From positions 1 to 33,049 of IMG/VR virus record IMGVR_UViG_3300044676_006277: a DNA stretch of 33,049 bases; one strand, given 5' to 3'. Position 1 is the first letter of the stretch; every line of letters begins with the position of its first letter. The translations under genes were made by a program, and so were the position numbers. Positions 25,911-33,049 of the stretch are shown here, piece by piece. Origin of the DNA: a virus. Lineage: Duplodnaviria > Caudoviricetes. Under the pieces are notes generated by a model that was not told the DNA's origin, made no database searches, and was given only the letters and a program-made list of their open reading frames with translations.

Positions 25911-26918
25911 ATGGCAGCAGTAACAGGAACCACACAGACCTATGGTGTGACCTCTGCTGGTGGTAACCGGGAAGACCTGGCGGACAAGATTTATGACTTG
26001 TTCCCCGATGACACGTACTTCCTGACCAACCTCCAGAAGACCAAAGCATCGAGCACCCTGCACGAATGGCTCGGTGACACGATTGTCGCAGCATCGACTA
26101 ACATCAACCGCGAAGGCAACGAAGGCGAGTTCTCGGCAATCCAGGCTCCGGTTCGGTATGCGAACTACACGCAGATCTTCAAGAAAGAGTTCATCGTGTC
26201 GGATACCCAGGAGAAGGTCGCCAAGGCTGGACGTAGAACGGAGGGCGCACGCCAAACCGTAAAACAGATGCGGGAGCTTAAAAATGATGTTGAATGGGCG
26301 CTCGTCAGAAACCAAACTGCTGACGCAGGTGGTGCTGCGACAGGTCGTGCACTCGGCTCGATGGAGAACTGGATTGGTGCAGACCGTACCGCATCACCAA
26401 CGGTAGCAACGAGTCACGTACACGCAACATTAGGTGCGACCTCGACCACCGCAGCAATTACTTCCAAGGTGCCGGGTGCAGTAACCGACACCTCGGCAGG
26501 CTCTGCGGGCGCACTCACTGCGGCTAACCTGGAACTCGCACTGGAAGGTGCCTGGGCTCAGGGTGGTACGACCGATGTGATTGGTGTATCGGCATCGGTC
26601 AAGGCAACCATCAACACGTTCACGGGTGTCGCAACTCGCAACGTGGAGATCGGCAAGCGTGACCAGGCGATCATCACTGGCGCAGCAGACGTTTACGTTT
26701 CCTCGTTCGGTGTTCACCGTATCCTCCTGCACCGTCACATTCGCACGAATGTTGCACTGTGCCTGGATACCAGTCTGTGGGGTGTTAGTTCGCTTCGTGA
26801 TTTCTTCATGGAACGACTTGCGAAGACTGGCGACGGTCACAAGTACGCACTGAGGTACGAAGGTACCCTGGAATGTCGTAACTACCTTGGCAACTCCAAG
26901 GTTAGTGCTATCGGCTAA
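25911..26918 (+). CDS. Major capsid protein (SU10/DUF5309-like)
   Basis: GNREDLAD.IY...DTYFL...HEWLGD...NYTQIF...ELKNDVE...LAKTGD...EGTLECRN. Confidence 0.93.
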   Translation: MAAVTGTTQTYGVTSAGGNREDLADKIYDLFPDDTYFLTNLQKTKASSTLHEWLGDTIVAASTNINREGNEGEFSAIQAPVRYANYTQIFKKEFIVSDTQEKVAKAGRRTEGARQTVKQMRELKNDVEWALVRNQTADAGGAATGRALGSMENWIGADRTASPTVATSHVHATLGATSTTAAITSKVPGAVTDTSAGSAGALTAANLELALEGAWAQGGTTDVIGVSASVKATINTFTGVATRNVEIGKRDQAIITGAADVYVSSFGVHRILLHRHIRTNVALCLDTSLWGVSSLRDFFMERLAKTGDGHKYALRYEGTLECRNYLGNSKVSAIG

Positions 26919-26927
26919 TCCAGCATT

Positions 26928-26956
26928 GGGGAGGGGTTTCGGCCCCTCCTCTTTTT
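26928..26956 (+). terminator. Intrinsic terminator after the major capsid gene
   Basis: GGGGAGGGGT-TTCG-GCCCCTCCTC-TTTTT. Confidence 0.85.
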
Positions 26957-26966
26957 CGAGGTTGTT

Positions 26967-27299
26967 ATGGCAAAAGAGTACGAATGGAATCCAAACCGGG
27001 GAACCTGGTACGAGTACGAAACCGACAACCAGACCGGTGATTTGATTATCCACACCAAGCAGAATGTTCAGCCAGTGCTGGACAGGAACAGAAAGTTAAG
27101 AAACAGCGGCGTCAATGATTACAAGGGACTGAATGATAGCGCCGACCTGAAACACTACGCGACCATCCCGGCTCACGTAGAACTCGCATTGCGGGAAAAA
27201 GGGATTGACATCTACTCGCAGAACTACACAAAAGAACTCATACACGAGATCGAGAGGAACTATCCCGAATGCAAGGTAACCAATCGAAAGATGCTGTAA
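26967..27299 (+). CDS. Conserved phage protein downstream of MCP
   Basis: GAGG RBS; QNVQPVLD.N..LRN...HYATIP. Confidence 0.75.
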   Translation: MAKEYEWNPNRGTWYEYETDNQTGDLIIHTKQNVQPVLDRNRKLRNSGVNDYKGLNDSADLKHYATIPAHVELALREKGIDIYSQNYTKELIHEIERNYPECKVTNRKML

Positions 27300-28861
27300 G
27301 TCCACGCCTGCAAGACTTAGCCGCAGCCAATGACCTCAAGGATGCCGGCGACTTCGAGGCTGCCTACGAGATAGCCTACAAGTGGCTCAAGTTAGATCCG
27401 AATGATGCGGCCGCCATGACCACGATGGTGTCTATACTGATTGATACCGACAAGGTTGCGATTGCCTACCCGATGGCAAAGCTGGTTACGCAGGTAAAAC
27501 CTGACTCGGCAGTGGCATGGATGAACTACGGCCGCACTTCTGCAGACCTGTGGCGCTACAAGGAATCCCTGCGTGCATACAAGCGTGCGCTGTCGCTTGC
27601 CAAGGATGATAAAACCAAGTCATCGATTTGCGTCAACATCGGCTCGATGATGGTCGACAACGGTAAGTTCAAGGATGCCGAAAAATACTGCCGCAAGGCG
27701 ATCGTGTACAACCCGGACACCACCAAGGGCAAGGCCAACCTGGGCTTTAGTCAACTGGCAAACCAGGACTGGGCCGAGGGTTGGAAGAACTACCGGCACT
27801 GCATTGGTGAGAATGGACGTTATTACGCGCAGTACAATGGCGAACCTCTTTGGGAGGGTGAGAAGGGCGGCAAGGTACTCATCTACGGTGAGCAGGGGCT
27901 GGGTGACGAGATCTCCTTTGCACAGATGCTGCCCGACATGAAAGCGTGGTGTGATGACAACGACACGGAACTGGTGGTCGATGTGCAGCACCGGCTCGAA
28001 AACCTGTTCAAGCGTTCGTTCCCTGGTATCGAGATCCACGGTACACGCAGTCAACCGTCCATCGACTGGAATCCGCAGGACATAACGCACTCCCTGCCGA
28101 TCGCACAACTGGGAGAGTTTTTCCGTTGCAAGGACGAGCAGTTCACGGGCAAGCCGTATCTAACTGCAGACCCCGATCGGGCGTTCCAGTGGAAGGCACT
28201 GTTCAAGACCAAGAAGAAACCCGTGATTGGTATCGGCTGGCAGGGTGGCGTATGGAAGACCGCAGCCAAGCATCGTCAACTCACGTTAGAGCAATTGCTG
28301 CCGGTGCTTAAGTCAGTGGATGCACACTGGGTGTCGTTGCAGTACAGGCCCTCTGGCAAGCAGATTGCTGAGTTCAAAGAGCAACACCCGGATATTGACA
28401 TCGTCGAGTATCCTGCGGTGTTGAGTAATGACTACGACGATACCGTGGCAATGATTGCCTCGATGGATATGCTGGTGACGATGCAGACAACCACGGTGCA
28501 TGTTGCCGGCGGCCTGGGCATCCCGTGCTGGACGTTTGTACCGCAGACATCACAGTGGCGCTATGGTCAGGGGGGTGAGGACTACCCGTGGGCCGACTCG
28601 GTCAGGATTATTCGCCAGGCGACAGACGGTGTATGGACTGACGTAATGGAAAAGACAGGAGAAGAACTTGCTGATTACCCCGGAATACGCAGAGCAACAA
28701 CGAGCAATGCACGAAAGCAAAAGGATCAACTACGGAATAACGGGCGAGGAATACGGGGAAACCGTCGCGCAAATGGTGGATGTGATGGAAGTGGACTCGA
28801 TACTGGATTACGGAGCGGGTCACAACATGAGCCTGAGGAAGACCTTCAAGCCAACCCGTAG
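27269..28861 (+). CDS. TPR-repeat protein with a GT9-like (GT-B) glycosyltransferase domain
   Basis: N-terminal TPRs; EQGLGDEISFA, IGIGWQGG, WVSLQY, DTVAMIASMDMLVTMQTTTVHVAGGLGIPCW, WRYG...PW. Confidence 0.88.
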   Translation: MQGNQSKDAVSPRLQDLAAANDLKDAGDFEAAYEIAYKWLKLDPNDAAAMTTMVSILIDTDKVAIAYPMAKLVTQVKPDSAVAWMNYGRTSADLWRYKESLRAYKRALSLAKDDKTKSSICVNIGSMMVDNGKFKDAEKYCRKAIVYNPDTTKGKANLGFSQLANQDWAEGWKNYRHCIGENGRYYAQYNGEPLWEGEKGGKVLIYGEQGLGDEISFAQMLPDMKAWCDDNDTELVVDVQHRLENLFKRSFPGIEIHGTRSQPSIDWNPQDITHSLPIAQLGEFFRCKDEQFTGKPYLTADPDRAFQWKALFKTKKKPVIGIGWQGGVWKTAAKHRQLTLEQLLPVLKSVDAHWVSLQYRPSGKQIAEFKEQHPDIDIVEYPAVLSNDYDDTVAMIASMDMLVTMQTTTVHVAGGLGIPCWTFVPQTSQWRYGQGGEDYPWADSVRIIRQATDGVWTDVMEKTGEELADYPGIRRATTSNARKQKDQLRNNGRGIRGNRRANGGCDGSGLDTGLRSGSQHEPEEDLQANP

Positions 28862-29210
28862 TGTCAAGTATTCGGCTTACGATCCCGGTGTACCGGACCT
28901 GGCAGATCCCCCAAACCCTGCACAGATGGTGGTATGTATCGACGTACTCGAGCACATTGAGCCGGGTTGCCTGGATGATGTACTGGACCACCTGGAAGAC
29001 CTGACGCAGGAGGTATTGTTTGCCACCGTGCATACCGGGCCTGCCGGCAAGAAATTACCGGACGGTCGTAATGCACACCTGATACAGCAGTCTTACGAGT
29101 GGTGGTTGCCGAAGTTCATCGAGCGGTTTACCTTGAAGGGGTTCAACCAACGCAGCGCAACGGGATTCGAGGTAATTTGTTTTGCTCACGATAGCTGGGG
29201 GTCGGAATGA
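28668..29210 (+). CDS. Class I SAM methyltransferase
   Basis: AGGAG RBS with TTG; ILDYGAG, AYDPGV, CIDVLEHIEP, LPDGRNAHLI...WW. Confidence 0.85.
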   Translation: MLITPEYAEQQRAMHESKRINYGITGEEYGETVAQMVDVMEVDSILDYGAGHNMSLRKTFKPTRSVKYSAYDPGVPDLADPPNPAQMVVCIDVLEHIEPGCLDDVLDHLEDLTQEVLFATVHTGPAGKKLPDGRNAHLIQQSYEWWLPKFIERFTLKGFNQRSATGFEVICFAHDSWGSE

Positions 29211-29926
29211 CAATAACGTATAACGTCAACCGCACAAAAGAAGCAGGGTTAATAAAGCACGCACTGCAGGGATATACTATTTCCGATGAACCGGACTTTT
29301 GGGCGGTCTGGGGATGGAATTATGGTATCGAAGAAATACAACAAACCGGCAAACCTATTCTGGTCTTTGAACCGGGGTTTTGGGGTAAAAAGAAAGCGCA
29401 TCATTTGCCCTGCGACTCCTGGACTGTACGGTGGAACGGCATAGGTAACGGTGGGTTCTATCCGACGCCGGCATGGGATGCGGAAATACCTTACGACATC
29501 ATCGAGCCAACGGGTGAGAATCTGGGTTTTTTCCAGCAAGTCCCGAAAGACGGCGCATTACGGGGTAACGTGGTTGCGCCACCGAGGGATGCCATCATAA
29601 AGCCACACCCGACACTTATACCGTGGGGAGGCGTTGCGGCCCGCCGCAAAGTTACGGTAAAGAACTTTGCTCTCGCAAGAAAAATAAACCGCTTTGAGGC
29701 ATATTCGAGCCGGGCATTGATAGATGCCGCTCTGCTTGGACTTCAGATAAAGGCTTACGACCCAAGAGCTGCGATCACAGAAAATACGGAAGATCAATTG
29801 CGCTTTCTAGCGCAAACGCAATTCTCTTATGACAGGCTGCCGTTTGGTACTGAGTACGCTGTCAAGCACGGTCTGGAAAAGGCCAAGGAACTTGCGGGAA
29901 ATGGAATCTATGATGAGGTCTTGTGA
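29207..29926 (+). CDS. KpsS/capsule-biosynthesis-like glycosyltransferase (divergent)
   Basis: LVFEPGF, QQVPKDGAL, IKPHP, AYSSRALIDAALLGL, resembling QvpxD / KxHP / NSxvgxEAlxxG motifs. Confidence 0.55.
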   Translation: MTITYNVNRTKEAGLIKHALQGYTISDEPDFWAVWGWNYGIEEIQQTGKPILVFEPGFWGKKKAHHLPCDSWTVRWNGIGNGGFYPTPAWDAEIPYDIIEPTGENLGFFQQVPKDGALRGNVVAPPRDAIIKPHPTLIPWGGVAARRKVTVKNFALARKINRFEAYSSRALIDAALLGLQIKAYDPRAAITENTEDQLRFLAQTQFSYDRLPFGTEYAVKHGLEKAKELAGNGIYDEVL

Positions 29927-30357
29927 TTACGATTGCCGGAAGCGGTCCATCGACTGAAGGGTTTGAGCATGTCACGGTAGCGACCAAGAAACGGTCGGTG
30001 CCATCGGATTACGTGATGGTGCATTTCCCCTACCAGGGAGATAAGCACGACCTGCCGTTGATGTCGTACCATAAGCGCAACGAGGGACGACGAACGGCAT
30101 GGTATTGTGACACGCTGAGATGGAATAAATACTGGAGTCAGTTCATACGCATGAAACGACCACCACAACGAGTCAAACCGTCGCTGGGACTGTGCGCGGT
30201 TTTTGCCTGCGTTGAGAGGTGGAATATCGACGAGGTCGGCCTGATTGGATACGATAATATCCTTGATGGTAACGATACCTGGTTACACGACGCGATCGCC
30301 GAAAAGCAGTGCATCGAGTCGTTGGTAAAGATAATTGACCTACGACGCGGGTCTTAA
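29923..30357 (+). CDS. Small Maf/CstII-like glycosyltransferase-fold protein
   Basis: ITIAGSGPS ... KPSLGLCAV ... EVGLIGYD ... HDAIAEK. Confidence 0.55.
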   Translation: MITIAGSGPSTEGFEHVTVATKKRSVPSDYVMVHFPYQGDKHDLPLMSYHKRNEGRRTAWYCDTLRWNKYWSQFIRMKRPPQRVKPSLGLCAVFACVERWNIDEVGLIGYDNILDGNDTWLHDAIAEKQCIESLVKIIDLRRGS

Positions 30358-30400
30358 CAGTCACTCCAAGACACGGGGTGTTATACAACTTGGAGTAACT

Positions 30401-31132
30401 ATGATTAACCTTTATGTAGGCTACGACCCGCGTGAGGCCGCGGTTTACCATGTGTTCTGCCAGTCGGTAATAGAACATGCCTCGGGACCGGTGCGTTTTA
30501 TTCCCTTGCACAAGGGCATGCTCGAGGAGTTCGACGGGCAACGCGATGGCACTAACGCATTTATCTATTCGCGGTATTTGATACCATCACTGCAGAACTT
30601 CGAGGGTTATGCCCTGTTCTGTGATGGTGACATGCATGTCGAGGACGACATTTACGAACTGTACAACCTGCGTGATGATTGTGCTGTCCAGGTGGTGCCG
30701 CACGACTACCAGACCGATCACGAACTGAAGTACATCGGCACACCCTTGCAGAACAGTAACATCGACTACCCACGCAAGAACTGGTCATCGGTAGTCATAT
30801 GGAACTGCGGTCATCCGTCACACAAGATACTCACCCGCGAGTTTATCGAGGATGCCGGCGGCGAGTTCCTGCACCGGTTCCAGTGGTTGAATGACGATGA
30901 GATAGGCTTCCTGCCGTTCGAGTGGAATCACCTGGTGGGTGAATACCACGAAAGCAAAGCAAAGCTGTATCACCATACACTCGGCTCGCCGGGGTTCGAG
31001 TTTTACCAGCACTGCGAGTCGGCCAAGGACTGGAACCGACACCTGATGAACGCCTTGAACATGGACGGTGAACGACAGACAGAGATGGTGCGCCGCGCCT
31101 TGTGGAACCGCACGGTGAGGGAGGTCGCATGA
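30401..31132 (+). CDS. GT-A fold glycosyltransferase (CDI-like/GT8-related)
   Basis: Start revised to 30401 (GGAG RBS); LYVGYDPRE, F.YSRYLIP, ALFCDGDM (DxD), YPRKNWSSV, EWNHLVG, HHTLGSP. Confidence 0.88.
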   Translation: MINLYVGYDPREAAVYHVFCQSVIEHASGPVRFIPLHKGMLEEFDGQRDGTNAFIYSRYLIPSLQNFEGYALFCDGDMHVEDDIYELYNLRDDCAVQVVPHDYQTDHELKYIGTPLQNSNIDYPRKNWSSVVIWNCGHPSHKILTREFIEDAGGEFLHRFQWLNDDEIGFLPFEWNHLVGEYHESKAKLYHHTLGSPGFEFYQHCESAKDWNRHLMNALNMDGERQTEMVRRALWNRTVREVA

Positions 31133-32085
31133 GCATTACCAAACGTATCGATGCGATTACGCACATTCCCGAGGTATACAAGCAGGCACAACCTCCCTGT
31201 CCGAAGAGTGTAAAGATTGAACTCACGGGCCGCTGTAACTACCGCTGCGGGTTCTGTGCGCTGAGAATGCGTAAGGAACAACCCGGCAAGGGCGACGACA
31301 TGGACCTCGAGTTCTTCAAGAAAATCACCACGGATATGTACGAGTCCGGGGTTGAGGAGATCGGTCTGTTCTATCTCGGTGAGTCGCTGATGGCGCCCGA
31401 GCTCACGGTGGCTGCGTGTAAGTTCCTCAAGTTTGAACTGGGCATGCCGTATGTATTCCTGACCACGAACGGATCCAGGTGCAATATGGGCGTGGCCCTG
31501 GACCTGATGGAAGCAGGGCTGGATAGCCTGAAGTTCTCCATGAATGCCTCGGATATGGAGCAGTTCGAGGAGGTCATGGGCGTTAAGGCGAAACTGTACC
31601 AGAATGCCATTTACAACCTGCGTAATGCGTATGAGATCCGTAACAAGTTCGGGCTGTCAACCAAGATATATGCCTCTTCAATCATGTATGATGGGGAGCA
31701 GCAGGAACGTATGCAGGCACTGGTGGATGAGGATATTGCACCTTACTGTGACGAGCATTATTGGTTGCCGCTGTACTCGATGGGCTCTGTGGCGACTGAA
31801 CGTGAGGCAGAACTGGGCTATAGACCGACTGCCGGCAACCAGGGACGCCTTGGTGGGCTGGTCAAGCCCCTGCCATGCTGGAGTGCCTTCACGGAAGGTC
31901 ATGTGCGCTCAGATGGGTTAGTATCTCTGTGTTGCTTTGATGCAGACGGTCGTTTCCAGGTTGGAGATTTGCACAAGGACAGTTGGATGGACATTTGGCA
32001 CAACGACGCCTTCACGGACATTCGCAAGGCGCACCTCAAGGAAGACCTCACGGGTACAGTCTGTGAGGAATGTGTAGCGTACTGA
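31129..32085 (+). CDS. Radical SAM enzyme with SPASM/twitch domain
   Basis: ELTGRCNYRCGFC (CxxxCxxC), GES, TTNG, PCWSAF...GLVSLCCFD...CEEC; GGAGG RBS, start revised to 31129. Confidence 0.92.
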   Translation: MSITKRIDAITHIPEVYKQAQPPCPKSVKIELTGRCNYRCGFCALRMRKEQPGKGDDMDLEFFKKITTDMYESGVEEIGLFYLGESLMAPELTVAACKFLKFELGMPYVFLTTNGSRCNMGVALDLMEAGLDSLKFSMNASDMEQFEEVMGVKAKLYQNAIYNLRNAYEIRNKFGLSTKIYASSIMYDGEQQERMQALVDEDIAPYCDEHYWLPLYSMGSVATEREAELGYRPTAGNQGRLGGLVKPLPCWSAFTEGHVRSDGLVSLCCFDADGRFQVGDLHKDSWMDIWHNDAFTDIRKAHLKEDLTGTVCEECVAY

Positions 32086-32086
32086 C

Positions 32087-33049
32087 ATGCCGACACCTAA
32101 CCTGTTAAATCCCGGCAATGACCCTTACGTGGATGAACGTCTGCGTAGGGGTTTATTGAATCTGGGCACTGCCTTTGCAACGGGTGGTCCCGGTGTGCCG
32201 GGTGATATAGCCCAGGGTGCCATCAGTGGTGCCACCGGGTTGTTGAATGCACAGATGAACGCAATAGACCCTACGGGCAGGGTTAGGGCCATGTCGGGTC
32301 AGATGGCGCCGTTACAGTCGTATGATGTTCCCTATACGAGTGAGAATCTGCAGCGTGGACTGGGAGGTGATCCGAGCGCACCGGAATCGCTGTTAGGCTT
32401 TATCGGTGCGCCGGAGGTCACTGACGTTGCCAAGATAGGTGCATTAGTGGGCAAGGGTGGTCTATTGGCCCAGTCGTTATTCCACGGCACTCCCCACAAG
32501 TTCGACAAGTTTGAACTGGAGAAGATCGGCACAGGTGAGGGTGCCCAAGCCTACGGACATGGCTTGTATTTCGCTGAGAATCCGGGGGTGGCAGGCTCAT
32601 ACCAGAAGGGTTTATCAAAGATTGACCCAGATAATGTGACCTATGACGGGCGAAGTGTTGAGGATTTGTATGTCAGCGCACAAAAGAAACAAGATGCCGC
32701 ACACCGACTAAAGGATGAAAAGAAAATACAGGAGGCGAACGCAGAACTTTACCTTTGGGAAAGCCTGATGACGCGAAACAATCCTGACGTTGTGCTTGAT
32801 GAGTTTTTAGACCCCGATTATGGCTGGCCCGAGGCGAAAAAGTTAGCCGAAAGAATTGACCGGTCAAAGTTTAAGGGGGTTGAAGCAGGCCACCTCTACG
32901 AAGTATACATCCCTGACCCAACCATCGCCAAGATGCTGGATTGGGATGCACCACTGAGTGAGCAGCCTGAGAGTGTGCGCAAGGCGTTAGAACCATTGAC
33001 TGACTTTTGGAAGCAGCAAGGCACTACGCAGGCGGGTATAGATTCGTGG
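32087..33049 (+). CDS. Partial protein with polyvalent-protein ART-like domain (runs off the window; not in ORF track)
   Basis: Open frame of 321 codons; FHGTPHKFDKFELEKIGTGEGAQAYGHGLYFAE and GHLYEVYIPD...MLDWDAPLSEQP. Confidence 0.75.
   Translation, partial: MPTPNLLNPGNDPYVDERLRRGLLNLGTAFATGGPGVPGDIAQGAISGATGLLNAQMNAIDPTGRVRAMSGQMAPLQSYDVPYTSENLQRGLGGDPSAPESLLGFIGAPEVTDVAKIGALVGKGGLLAQSLFHGTPHKFDKFELEKIGTGEGAQAYGHGLYFAENPGVAGSYQKGLSKIDPDNVTYDGRSVEDLYVSAQKKQDAAHRLKDEKKIQEANAELYLWESLMTRNNPDVVLDEFLDPDYGWPEAKKLAERIDRSKFKGVEAGHLYEVYIPDPTIAKMLDWDAPLSEQPESVRKALEPLTDFWKQQGTTQAGIDSW

Noticed and set aside
10006-32085. Modification genes as a DNA hypermodification or restriction-modification system
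   Set aside because: No DNA methyltransferase catalytic motifs, hydroxymethylase or deazaguanine pathway recognised; genes lie among virion genes. Not fully excluded
1-33049. Integrase, att site, tRNA, genetic-code reassignment
   Set aside because: None seen; genes are intact under the standard code and use all three stop codons

Overview
The window is part of a tailed dsDNA phage genome with a podovirus-like head module, probably from a Gram-negative (proteobacterial) host. No integrase, att site, DNA polymerase, helicase, primase, tRNA or CRISPR array is visible. Order: end of a virion gene; lysis cassette (M15 peptidase endolysin, a PagL-like lipid A deacylase, holin, small membrane proteins); a leftward early region of small ORFs (HNH, Zn-ribbons, SSB-like); a divergent promoter switch with a 48-aa ribbon-helix-helix regulator missed by the ORF track; a ~300-bp promoter-flanked structured non-coding block with a candidate antisense RNA; recombination/nuclease genes; modification cluster 1 (methyltransferase-Maf/DUF115 fusion, sulfotransferase-like); a fibre/adhesin block (pectate-lyase-like, LamG, a 988-aa Pro/Thr/Gly repeat protein); TerS, TerL, portal, beta-helix spike, scaffold and major capsid; modification cluster 2 directly after the capsid gene (TPR-GT9-like, methyltransferase, KpsS-like, Maf-like, GT-A, radical SAM); and a truncated polyvalent-type protein with an ART-like motif. 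The best candidates for new biology are a complex virion glycosylation pathway, a sense/antisense RNA pair where a replication gene is expected, and a PagL homologue in the lysis cassette. All calls come from reading motifs by eye; no searches or folding were run.
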